The translations under genes and the position numbers were made by a program. From Acidobacteriota bacterium (GTDB lineage: Bacteria; Acidobacteriota; Thermoanaerobaculia; Multivoradales; UBA5704), in assembly GCA_040005235.1 (NCBI GenBank), contig JBDTZG010000012.1:32001-96000 (forward strand): a DNA stretch of 64,000 nt, in the 5' to 3' direction. Of the stretch, positions 46,177 through 54,930 are shown piece after piece; within the stretch, counting starts at the first letter, position 1, and each line of letters starts with the position of its first letter. The notes beneath the pieces were generated by a model, which did not search any database, was not told the origin of the DNA, and saw only the letters and a program-made list of their open reading frames with translations.

Positions 46177-47085
46177 ATGAAAATCAATCGAAGCTCTACC
46201 TTGCGCCCCGGCGCATTCCCCGCGGTCTCGGCGGTCTTTCTCGCCGCGATCACCGCGGTCGCCGCGCTCGCTTTCGCGATCCCGGCAGCCGCCACGAAAG
46301 TCATCGCGATCCAGGTCTACGCCGACCCGGCGGGTTCCGGCGGCGAGGCGCGCTACGGCGTTGCGCCCGAGAACGAAGCCGTGCCGGTCACTGCCGGTGA
46401 GCGCCTGCGCCTCACCCTGATCGGCAGCGCGCTGATCGACGGTATTGGCAAAGAGGTTCGGATCAACGCGTCGTTCAGCGTCGCGGCCGGTGACGTTCAA
46501 ATCGTCGGCCGTGGCGAGGATTGGGTCGACGTGGTGGTCGGTCGCGGGGAAAATGGCGGCGCCGGGCAGATCGGTTACCGCGTGACCGACGACTACGAGA
46601 TGCGCGGAGGGTTCTCCAACGGCCGGATCACCCTCCAGATCCAGCGCGGCTCAGGCCATGGCGGGGGTGAAGATCACGGGGGAAGGGGCGATCACAATGG
46701 CGGCGGTAATTCGAGCCGGCATGAGAAGGCGACCACCGTCACCCGCGCGCTGATCGAGGGAATCTCGAACAGCAACTTCGACGAAGATCGCGACAGCGAA
46801 TGGGTCGACGAGGTCTACGAAGGGGGCTACGACGGCGTCGTCTCGGTCGCCGGCGATCTCGCCCGCCAGGCTTCGCGACACGGCTCGCAGGACGCGGAGG
46901 CGACCGTCCGCCGGCTCTACCGCTTCCTACTCCGGCGCAGCTCCGACAAGATCGATTCGGATGAAGGCTTTTGGACCAACGTCACGGCGATGCGCAAGGC
47001 CGGGCTGGAAAACGTGGTCCAGACGATCGTCGAGTCCGACGAGTTCAGCCGGGCGTTCCGGCTCGACGACTTCGACGCGCGCTAG
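46177..47085 (+). CDS. Secreted protein, paralog 2 (beta domain + DUF4214-like helical domain)
   Basis: Same N-terminal domain; Gly/His linker; TVRRLYRFLLRR...IVESDEF. Confidence 0.78.
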   Translation: MKINRSSTLRPGAFPAVSAVFLAAITAVAALAFAIPAAATKVIAIQVYADPAGSGGEARYGVAPENEAVPVTAGERLRLTLIGSALIDGIGKEVRINASFSVAAGDVQIVGRGEDWVDVVVGRGENGGAGQIGYRVTDDYEMRGGFSNGRITLQIQRGSGHGGGEDHGGRGDHNGGGNSSRHEKATTVTRALIEGISNSNFDEDRDSEWVDEVYEGGYDGVVSVAGDLARQASRHGSQDAEATVRRLYRFLLRRSSDKIDSDEGFWTNVTAMRKAGLENVVQTIVESDEFSRAFRLDDFDAR

Positions 47086-47725
47086 CCTCGTCCGCCTTGC
47101 GCTTGGCCGAAGCCGCCCAGGAGCAGATCGGGCAGGCGGCCAGGTCGTGGTAGAGCGCCGGGCACTTCTCGCGGCCGAAATAGATGATCTGAAGGTGGAC
47201 TCTTCCCCAGCTTTCTTTGGGGAAGAGTGCCTTCAGGTCCGCTTCGGTCTTCCCGACGTTCGATCCATCCGAAAGACCCCAGCGCGCGGCCAGCCGGTGG
47301 ATGTGGGTATCGACCGCGAACGCCGGCAGGCCGAACGCCTGATCCATCACCACCGACGCTGTTTTGTGCCCGACACCGGGCAACGCCTCAAGCTCCTCAA
47401 ACGTCCGCGGCACGACCCCGCCGTGGCGCTCGACCAGCAGCTCTGAGAGGCGCTTCAGGTTCTTCGCCTTGGTGGGCGCGAGACCGATGCGCCGGATCAG
47501 GTGTTGGATCTCTTCAACCGGCAGCGCCGCCATCGCGGCGGAGGTAGGCGCCCGGGCGAACAGCTCGGGCGTCACGGTGTTCACCAGCTTGTCGGTGGTT
47601 TGCGCCGAGAGGACGACCGCTACCAACAGGGTGAACGGATCGACGTGATCGAGCGGAATCGCCATCTCGGGGTAAAGATCGTCGAGGATCGCTTGGATGC
47701 GGTCGGCCTTCTCGCGGCGGGTCAT
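47045..47725 (-). CDS. nth: Endonuclease III
   Basis: LVAVVLSAQTTD, LPGVGHKTA HhH, VDTHIHR, C-terminal Cys cluster. Confidence 0.93.
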   Translation of the reverse strand: MTRREKADRIQAILDDLYPEMAIPLDHVDPFTLLVAVVLSAQTTDKLVNTVTPELFARAPTSAAMAALPVEEIQHLIRRIGLAPTKAKNLKRLSELLVERHGGVVPRTFEELEALPGVGHKTASVVMDQAFGLPAFAVDTHIHRLAARWGLSDGSNVGKTEADLKALFPKESWGRVHLQIIYFGREKCPALYHDLAACPICSWAASAKRKADEASARRSRRAGTPG

Positions 47726-47841
47726 GAGGGGGTGGATTCTCCGTCGAAGCGCCCGCTGCAATCAAGACCGGACTTGTCACCTGGAGAGGACGAATCGGAA
47801 CTTTTTTCCGCCTTTAGCCTTTCGCTACCCGGGGAAGTAGG

Positions 47842-47859
47842 GTTGGCCGCGACCTTGCA
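47842..47859 (+). promoter_or_regulatory. Sigma54 (-24/-12) promoter
   Basis: gTTGGCcgcgaccTTGCA, 17/18 identical to 45588-45605. Confidence 0.75.
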
Positions 47860-47917
47860 CTATGTCCTAAGCGTTCAGTGACCCGCTCGAGTTTGACCCG
47901 TAAACGAGGAGATTTCC

Positions 47918-48865
47918 ATGACCATCGAATCCAGTACCCTTAAGACCCGCCTTTTCTCGGTTGCCGCTCTGGCTTTCGCCCTCGCGGTGCCCGTTGCCGG
48001 ACAGGGAGCCAGAGAGCGCTCTTGGGATCGTGACCATTCCCGCTCGGTCGAAACCGGAGCCACCAAAGTCATCGCCATCCAGGTCTGGGCCGATCCGTTC
48101 GGCAACGGCCGGGAACAGCGTTTCGGCGTCGCCCCCGACAACGAAGCGGTGCAGGTTTGGCCGGGAGAACGGCTGCGCCTCACGCTGGTCGGAACCGGTC
48201 TGTTCAACAGTGAAGGAGAAGAGGTTCCGGTCGCCGCGACGTTCAACATCGAGGCCGGCCGAGATATATCGATCCTCCGCGCGGCCAACAATTGGGTCGA
48301 GGTTGCGATCGACGGCGACGCGCACGGCGTGGCCGGCCAGCTCGGTTTTCGGGTTCGCAGCGGCTACGACATGCGCGGCTCGCTCACCAATGGCCGCATC
48401 ACCCTGGAGGCCCGACGCGGCGCCCACGATATCGACCACGGGGATCGCAACGAACGCCCGGACGTGGGAACCTCGACCCGGCGCGAGAAGTCGCGACTCG
48501 TCACCCGTGCGCTGATCGAAGGGATCTTGGATGCGAAGTTCGATCCGGTCCGCGATGGCGATCGGGTCGAAGAGATCTATAACGGCGGCTACCGCGAAGT
48601 GCAGCAATTCGCCGATGATCTCGCCCGTTCGGTCGAGCGGCGCCGCATACGCCTCGATTCGGAGGAGACGGTTCGCCGCCTGTACGTGGTGCTGCTCAAG
48701 CGGACCAACGACCAGATCCGCGCGGATCGCGGCTTCTTCTCAAACGTCGAGGCGATGCGCCGCCACGGTCTGCGCTCGGTAGTGCGGACGATTGTCAACT
48801 CGGTCGAGTTCCGCCGCGTCTTCGATCTGAACGATTTCGACCGGCAGCGCCGCGAACGCCGCTAG
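47918..48865 (+). CDS. Secreted protein, paralog 3 (beta domain + DUF4214-like helical domain)
   Basis: GAGGAG RBS; KVIAIQVWAD..FGVAPDNEAV..RLRLTL; TVRRLYVVLLKR...IVNSVEF. Confidence 0.78.
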   Translation: MTIESSTLKTRLFSVAALAFALAVPVAGQGARERSWDRDHSRSVETGATKVIAIQVWADPFGNGREQRFGVAPDNEAVQVWPGERLRLTLVGTGLFNSEGEEVPVAATFNIEAGRDISILRAANNWVEVAIDGDAHGVAGQLGFRVRSGYDMRGSLTNGRITLEARRGAHDIDHGDRNERPDVGTSTRREKSRLVTRALIEGILDAKFDPVRDGDRVEEIYNGGYREVQQFADDLARSVERRRIRLDSEETVRRLYVVLLKRTNDQIRADRGFFSNVEAMRRHGLRSVVRTIVNSVEFRRVFDLNDFDRQRRERR

Positions 48866-48889
48866 ATTCCTCGCAGGGATTCGTGAACC

Positions 48890-48914
48890 GGTGAGGGCGC
48901 GCTGCGCCCTCACC
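48890..48914. terminator. Hairpin between convergent genes
   Basis: GGTGAGGGCGC-gct-GCGCCCTCACC; no U-tract. Confidence 0.5.
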
Positions 48915-48919
48915 CACCC

Positions 48920-49864
48920 TCACCAACTGCTCGAAGAACCTCCCCCGCCGAAGCTGCCGCCGCCTCCCGAGAAGCTGTCCGACGACGAATCGGACCCCCA
49001 GGACGAGCCGCCGCTCGACGAGCTTGAGCTTCCGGAGTTCCAACTCCATCCCCGGCTTCCCCGGGAGCCGCGCAGCATTCCGGCCGGCGCCTTCTTCACC
49101 CGGCCGGTCAAGCGGAGCCAGAGGCGGATCAGCGGAAATCCGATCAGCCACGTCAGCAGGACCCCGACCGCCACCGGACCCGAGGTCGCCAAGGCGCCCA
49201 GGATCGCGACGAACGGTGTGACGATCGCGTAGATCCCCCAACAGGCGCAGCCCGGCGTCTTGAGTCCGAGCCCGCCGAATACGCCCATGATCCCCAGCAG
49301 CATCCCGCCGACGATCAGCTGCCCGGCCAGACCCAGGGAAGGCGAAGCCGCGGGCGGCGGATCGGGAGGCGCCTGGCCGCGCAGCTGGGCGCCGATCGCG
49401 TCCACCCCGTTTTTGATGCCGCCGGCATAGTCGCCGGAGCGAAACGCCGGGCGGACCAGGTCGTCTTGAATCCGCCGGGTGCGGATGTCGGTGAGCGTCG
49501 GCTCCAGGCCGTACCCCACTTCGATGCGCATCTTGCGGTCGTCGCGCGCCACCAGGAACAGCACGCCGTCGTCCCGTTTGGCGTCGCCCAGCTTCCAGGT
49601 TTCGGCCACCCGATGAGAGAAATCCTCGATCGGCTCGCCGTCCAGGCCCGCCACGGTCAGCACCGCCACCTGCGCCTTCGTGTCTTTTTCCAATGCGGCG
49701 AGCTTGCCTTCGAGCGCGGTGCGCGCCTCGGGCGAAAGAAGCGCCGCTTCGTCGACCACGCGGCCGGAGAGAAACGGCACCGGGCGCACGTCCGCCCCGG
49801 CCGAATAAGAAACGAACAGCGCGAACGCTAGAGCCAGAGGGAGCGGGAGCGAGGGCCGACGCAT
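48920..49864 (-). CDS. TPM-domain protein (YgcG-like)
   Basis: GRVVDEA, DDGVLFLVA, RIEVGYGLE, GGGGSFGGGGSS..W tail. Confidence 0.9.
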   Translation of the reverse strand: MRRPSLPLPLALAFALFVSYSAGADVRPVPFLSGRVVDEAALLSPEARTALEGKLAALEKDTKAQVAVLTVAGLDGEPIEDFSHRVAETWKLGDAKRDDGVLFLVARDDRKMRIEVGYGLEPTLTDIRTRRIQDDLVRPAFRSGDYAGGIKNGVDAIGAQLRGQAPPDPPPAASPSLGLAGQLIVGGMLLGIMGVFGGLGLKTPGCACWGIYAIVTPFVAILGALATSGPVAVGVLLTWLIGFPLIRLWLRLTGRVKKAPAGMLRGSRGSRGWSWNSGSSSSSSGGSSWGSDSSSDSFSGGGGSFGGGGSSSSW

Positions 49865-50553
49865 CACGTCTCCTTGAGGCGCAGATCGTCCGGCAGCTCG
49901 TTGACCGCGGCCGACACGGGCGCCATGTCGGAGGTCGAATCCGCCGCCGAATCGATCGTCAAGCCGGCCGCGCGCAGGACTTCCCCCACCTCGGCCACTC
50001 CGGCGGCGAGCGCGGCGGCCGGGCGCTCGCTTTTGAGCCGGCCGGCGATTCCGGCGGCGACGCCGTCCCACGCGGCGGTGGAAACCCGGCCGCGCAGTCC
50101 GACGTCCGGCAGCACCAGCACACGCCGCTCGAACAACGAAACGAAAAGCAGCAGCCCCTGGCGGCTCGCGGTCGCGGCGAGATCCTCAGCAAGAAACGCC
50201 GATTCCGCGCGGCGGCGCACCTGCTCGTCGATCCGGTCCTCCCCCACCAAAGCGCGGGTGAAAGGCGGCAGCCGCGACGCGAGCCACCCGAGGGCGGCCC
50301 CGACGGCCGGCGGCAGGGCGATCCAGAGCACAGGGTCGAGACCCCAAAGGCCGAGCGCGCGATGGAGCGCGGCGGCGAGTAGTCCGCCGCCCAGGGCGCC
50401 GAACGCCGCGCCTTTCCAGTCGGCATTGGCGTACCGGTCGCTTCGCGCCACGATGAACGGCACGATCTCGGCCGCCGTCCGGCGTTCGAGGTCGGCGACC
50501 GCGAGACGGAGCGCTTCGCGCTCGGAGGGTGGAAATCGATCTTCGAAGCTCAT
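49864..50553 (-). CDS. TPM-domain membrane protein
   Basis: ERRTAAEIVP, GLLLFVSLFERRV, NELPD; TGATG coupling to the next gene. Confidence 0.8.
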   Translation of the reverse strand: MSFEDRFPPSEREALRLAVADLERRTAAEIVPFIVARSDRYANADWKGAAFGALGGGLLAAALHRALGLWGLDPVLWIALPPAVGAALGWLASRLPPFTRALVGEDRIDEQVRRRAESAFLAEDLAATASRQGLLLFVSLFERRVLVLPDVGLRGRVSTAAWDGVAAGIAGRLKSERPAAALAAGVAEVGEVLRAAGLTIDSAADSTSDMAPVSAAVNELPDDLRLKET

Positions 50554-50569
50554 GAGGAGGGGTCGGATG

Positions 50570-51001
50570 CTACTCCCATCCACCCCCCGGTGCCCGGTTT
50601 TTCTTGGTCTGCCCGCGTCGCTTCTTCTCGTCCACCCGCCGTACCTTGGCCGCCCGCGACGGACGGGTCTTCACCCGCGGCGTCTCTTCCGCGAGCGCGC
50701 CGCCGATCAGCTCGGCGAAACGGGCGATCGCCGCCTCCCGGTTCTGCCCCTGCGTCCGGTGGCGTTGGGACATGACGTGGAACACCCCGTCGCGGGTGAT
50801 CCGAGTCGCCAACCGCTCGCGCAGCCGCTCCTTCTGCTCGGGGGTCAAAACCGCGGAGGCCTCCACGTCGAAGCGGAGCAGCACGCGCGTCTCGACCTTG
50901 TTGACGTTCTGGCCGCCCGGCCCGCCGGAGCGCGCGGTCGCAAACGCCAGCTCGGTCTCCGGAATCTCCAGCCGGTCATCGATTCGAATCATCGTCGCCA
51001 T
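50570..51001 (-). CDS. arfB: Ribosome rescue peptidyl-tRNA hydrolase ArfB
   Basis: RSGGPGGQNVNKV, RTQ..NRE, basic tail TRPSRAAKVRRVDEKKRR. Confidence 0.93.
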   Translation of the reverse strand: MATMIRIDDRLEIPETELAFATARSGGPGGQNVNKVETRVLLRFDVEASAVLTPEQKERLRERLATRITRDGVFHVMSQRHRTQGQNREAAIARFAELIGGALAEETPRVKTRPSRAAKVRRVDEKKRRGQTKKNRAPGGGWE

Positions 51002-51040
51002 GGCTCTCAAGTCTCTCTGCGATAGGCTCGCTACCCGCCA

Positions 51041-52354
51041 ATGGTAGACGCGTCCCGAAGGTCCGGCCAAATTTCGCTGCGAATCCTTGCGCGCACCGCG
51101 GCATTCGTCCTGGCTGTCACCGCTCTCGCGGCGTGCGGCCGCCCCGCGGACACCGCGGACTCCACCCTTCCCAACCACCGCCTGCGCCTTCCGCGCGGCG
51201 GAGACCGGAGCCCGAGCGCCGCGTCGTTTTCGATTTCCGGGCCGGTCGCCGGGGTGGCGCTTGAGGAGGTGCTCCGCCTCCCCTCCATTCCGATCTACTT
51301 CGTATCGCCACCCGGCGACGACCGCCTGTTCATCGTTCAGAGGAATGGCGCGATCCGCATCCTCAAGAACGGCAGCCTGCTGCCCGGCAACTTCCTCGAT
51401 TTGACCGAGAAGATCACGGAAGAAGGCGAAGGGGGCCTGTTGTCGATGGCGTTTCATCCCCGCTACGCCGAAAACGGTCTGTTCTTCGTCAACTACACCG
51501 ACACCGAGGGCGACACGGTGATCGCCCGCTACCACCGCTCAGGCGAAGACCCGGACCTCGCCGATTCGGGCTCCGCCACCCGGCTGCTCTGGATCGACCA
51601 GCCGTACAGCAACCACAACGGCGGCCAGCTCCAGTTCGGTCCCGACGGTTACCTCTACATCGGCATGGGCGACGGCGGCTCGGCCGGCGATCCGAGCTGC
51701 AACGCCCAGCGCCGGGTGAACCTGCTCGGCAAGATGCTGCGGATCGACGTCGATCACCCCACCGGCAACCGGCCCTATGCGATTCCGCCCGACAATCCGT
51801 TCCTTGGGCCGAACCCGCTTCCCGACGAAGCCTGGGCGATCGGTCTGCGTAACCCCTGGCGCTTCAGCTTCGACCGGGCGACCGGCGATCTCTGGATCGG
51901 CGACGTCGGCCAGAACCGAATGGAAGAGATCGACTTCCAGGCCAAGGCCACGCCCTCCGGCCGCAATTACGGCTGGAAGCCGATGGAGGGCACGCTCTGC
52001 TTCGCGGACGACAAGTGCGAAGCCGACACTCCCTCCTGCAACGCCAAGGAGCTCACTCTACCGGTGCTCGAATACCCCCACGAGGACGGCAACTGCTCGG
52101 TGACCGGCGGCTATGTCTATCGCGGCCGGCGGATTCCCAGCCTGGTCGGCAGCTACCTGTTCGGCGACTATTGCTCCGGTCGGGTCTGGGCGGCAAAGAT
52201 CGGAAAGAGCGGCTTCGATGTGCAGCAGCTCTCCGACCTCGCCATGAGCGTCGTGACTTTCGGCGAAGATCGCGACGGGGAGATCTGGCTGGGAACGTTC
52301 GAAGGAAAGGTGTTGAGATTGGTCGCCAAGGACTCGAAAGGCGGAGGAAAATGA
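51041..52354 (+). CDS. PQQ-dependent sugar dehydrogenase family (GSDH) lipoprotein
   Basis: LAACG lipobox; GLLSMAFHP, NHNGGQLQFGPDGYLY, GLRNPWRFSFD. Confidence 0.88.
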   Translation: MVDASRRSGQISLRILARTAAFVLAVTALAACGRPADTADSTLPNHRLRLPRGGDRSPSAASFSISGPVAGVALEEVLRLPSIPIYFVSPPGDDRLFIVQRNGAIRILKNGSLLPGNFLDLTEKITEEGEGGLLSMAFHPRYAENGLFFVNYTDTEGDTVIARYHRSGEDPDLADSGSATRLLWIDQPYSNHNGGQLQFGPDGYLYIGMGDGGSAGDPSCNAQRRVNLLGKMLRIDVDHPTGNRPYAIPPDNPFLGPNPLPDEAWAIGLRNPWRFSFDRATGDLWIGDVGQNRMEEIDFQAKATPSGRNYGWKPMEGTLCFADDKCEADTPSCNAKELTLPVLEYPHEDGNCSVTGGYVYRGRRIPSLVGSYLFGDYCSGRVWAAKIGKSGFDVQQLSDLAMSVVTFGEDRDGEIWLGTFEGKVLRLVAKDSKGGGK

Positions 52355-53382
52355 AGAGCCTCTTTCGCCGGTGGCTCGGCGGTTCGGACCCCGAACCCGC
52401 GGGACCGCTTTCCCCCGATGGCCAGCTCGCGAGCGACCTCTGGGTCGATCGGCCGGATGCCCTTACGCGCCTTGAAGGAATGCACGCGAGCGGCACGGTC
52501 GCCGACGACGAGGCGGCGCAGCTGGAACAGTTCATCCGCCGCGGCTATTTGACGTTTTCTCTCGGCGACCTCACCGCCCCGGCCGCCGCGATCGGCCAGG
52601 ACGTCGACCGGGCCTGGCGCGAACGACCCGCCGACCTGGCGTACGCCTGGAGCGGCCCGCTGCGCAGCTTCGCCGAGGCGGACTTGGGCCGCGACCGCCG
52701 GCCGTCCTATCGCATCGCCGACCTCCATTCGCACTCGGCCGCGGCGCTCGATCTCTACCTTCATCCCGCCATTTTCCGGCGCGTCGAGCTGGCGCTCGGT
52801 CGCCCCGCCGTCGCCACCCAATCGCTTTATTTCGAATGGGGAAGCCAGCAGGCGCTCCACCGCGATCCGGTGTTCGTTCAGACCCAGCCACCGAGCCATC
52901 TGATCGCCGCCTGGATCGCTCTGGAAGACATCCATCCGGACAGCGGCCCGCTGGTCTACATGCCCGGTTCGCACCGGCTCCCCTACTACCAGTTCGCGCC
53001 GGGAGAGTTTCTGTTCGACCAGAGCCGCTACGGCCCAGCTGAGACGCAAGCGATGGCCGAGCACGACCGCCGCCAATGCGCCGCCGCGGGGCTTGAACCC
53101 GAAACCCTTGTCTGCCCGAAGGGGGAAGTCCTGCTCTGGCACTCGTCGCTGCTCCACGGCGGCTCCGCGGTCGCCGATCCGGACCGGACCCGCAAAAGCT
53201 TCGTCGTCCACTTCTCCAGCGCTGACCGCTACAAGCTGCGCCGTCAGGGAATCGTCGAATTTTTGAACGACGGCGATCAGCGCGTGGAACGCCACCGGAT
53301 TTTGGAGACAGAAGAGATTCTCGAACGCCCGGGAGCGCGTGGTTTCGCGAGCCCGATGGTTGGGTACGAACCGCCGCGGTAG
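52351..53382 (+). CDS. PhyH-family Fe(II)/2OG dioxygenase
   Basis: ATGA overlap; LHRD, AWIALED, PGSH, WHSSLLHGG, TRKS. Confidence 0.85.
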   Translation: MKSLFRRWLGGSDPEPAGPLSPDGQLASDLWVDRPDALTRLEGMHASGTVADDEAAQLEQFIRRGYLTFSLGDLTAPAAAIGQDVDRAWRERPADLAYAWSGPLRSFAEADLGRDRRPSYRIADLHSHSAAALDLYLHPAIFRRVELALGRPAVATQSLYFEWGSQQALHRDPVFVQTQPPSHLIAAWIALEDIHPDSGPLVYMPGSHRLPYYQFAPGEFLFDQSRYGPAETQAMAEHDRRQCAAAGLEPETLVCPKGEVLLWHSSLLHGGSAVADPDRTRKSFVVHFSSADRYKLRRQGIVEFLNDGDQRVERHRILETEEILERPGARGFASPMVGYEPPR

Positions 53383-53389
53383 GGCGCCC

Positions 53390-53977
53390 CTACCCCAGCC
53401 GCCCCAGTTTCCCCAACTTCGCCGCCGCCCGCAGCACGCCGCAGACGCTCTTGGCGTCGTGCATCTCGCCCGAAAGCGCCTGTTCGATCGCTTCTCCAAG
53501 CGGCAGGCGCTCGACGTGGAGCACCTCGTCGGCTTCGAGGGTCTGGCGGGTCTGGGTCAAATCGGTCGCGAGGTAGAGCCAGACCTTCTCGTCGGCAAAG
53601 CCCGGGGTGGCCCAGATCCAGCCGAGCGGTTCGAGGCGGCCGGCGGTGTGGCCCGTCTCTTCTTCCAGCTCGCGCGCCGCGCAGATCTCCGGCGCTTCGG
53701 TTCCTTCCGCCGTTCTATCGAGTTTGCCGGCCGGGATTTCGAGCAGCCAGCCTCCCGTCGCCCAGCGCGCCTGGCGGACCAGGAGGACGTCGCCCTCGGC
53801 GGTGACCGGCACGATCGCCGCGGCGCCCACGTGGTAGACCCGTTCGAGATCGACCTCGACGCCGTTGGGCATCCGGACGGTGTCGATTTTCAAATGCACC
53901 GTCCGGCCGGTGAAGATCTCGCGGCTCGCGAGCAGGATGATCGGCCCGAGGGTCGGTTTCCCTTCGCCTTCGCTCAC
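53390..53977 (-). CDS. NUDIX hydrolase (ADP-ribose pyrophosphatase-like)
   Basis: EIPAGKLD...ARELEEETG Nudix box; DAKS. Confidence 0.9.
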   Translation of the reverse strand: MSEGEGKPTLGPIILLASREIFTGRTVHLKIDTVRMPNGVEVDLERVYHVGAAAIVPVTAEGDVLLVRQARWATGGWLLEIPAGKLDRTAEGTEAPEICAARELEEETGHTAGRLEPLGWIWATPGFADEKVWLYLATDLTQTRQTLEADEVLHVERLPLGEAIEQALSGEMHDAKSVCGVLRAAAKLGKLGRLG

Positions 53978-54807
53978 TGACCTTCCCCGGGGACCTGGGG
54001 CATCATCTCGCGCTCTTTGTAGCCGGCCGGCACCTCGAACGAGACGGGCGCCTTGGCGAAACTGTCGAGCGCCGTCACCTCCATCGAGCTCTGAGTCTTT
54101 TGTGTCCGGCCGCCCTGCGACGTCGTGGTGACGGTGATCGACTTGAGCGGCACGCCCTTGAGCTTTTCGGTTTCGGCGGCGATCAGGCGGTCAAGGTCGG
54201 CGTTGCCGGTCTTCGGCTTGCCGGTCCGCAGCCACAGGCCGAACGATTTGTCGAGCAGGCGGTCGGTGACCCAGAATTCCTCTTCGGTCAGCACGTCGTT
54301 CGCCTTGCCCATCCCGAAGACTCGGACCTTCATCTGGTAGGCGGTGCGGAACTTGAGGTGGCGGGTCGGCTGGCCGAGCATCGTCGGCCCCGCCTCGTCG
54401 AGCAGCGTCTCGACCTTGGGGCTGGAGATTTCGATCTTGAGCAGCGGCCCCATGCCGCCCATCACGGCGCCGATGGAGCCGAGCATCGCATCGAGGTCCA
54501 TCTCGCCGTACGTTTTCTCCTCCGGATCGACCAGCAGGATCGTCCGGCCGCCGTCGCGGGTCAGCATGTAGGTGCCCGCCCCGGCGATCGGGTTCGCGCT
54601 CTCTTTGAAATCGACCCGGCCCTTGTCGCCGTCGGCCCAGGCTTCGACCACGGTCTTCTGCGGTCCGCGCGACGATTCGATCGTGGTCGTCGATTGAAAG
54701 TGAAAGCCGGCCCGGGCGGCGACCGGGGCCAGGAGGGAGGTCAAAAGCAGGGCCGCGGCCGGAAGGCGGCGGGAGATTCGAATCGATCGGTCGGTGGTCA
54801 TGGGCAT
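53974..54807 (-). CDS. Secreted DUF4412-like protein
   Basis: GAGGAG RBS; signal peptide; GVPLKS...FEVPAGYKE. Confidence 0.65.
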   Translation of the reverse strand: MPMTTDRSIRISRRLPAAALLLTSLLAPVAARAGFHFQSTTTIESSRGPQKTVVEAWADGDKGRVDFKESANPIAGAGTYMLTRDGGRTILLVDPEEKTYGEMDLDAMLGSIGAVMGGMGPLLKIEISSPKVETLLDEAGPTMLGQPTRHLKFRTAYQMKVRVFGMGKANDVLTEEEFWVTDRLLDKSFGLWLRTGKPKTGNADLDRLIAAETEKLKGVPLKSITVTTTSQGGRTQKTQSSMEVTALDSFAKAPVSFEVPAGYKEREMMPQVPGEGQ

Positions 54808-54930
54808 GTCTCCTCGGAAGTGGGACCGGGGCGCGATGATCCCAGAGCGGGAGGCGCGAGGCAAGGACGGGGCTGGGAATAGACTTGGACGTCGGCGCCT
54901 TCTGAATGCGCCACGAAAGAGACTCATCCC

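Noticed and set aside
48920-50553. TPM gene pair lacking lemA as a novel system
   Set aside because: A common gene pair; lemA may simply lie elsewhere in the genome
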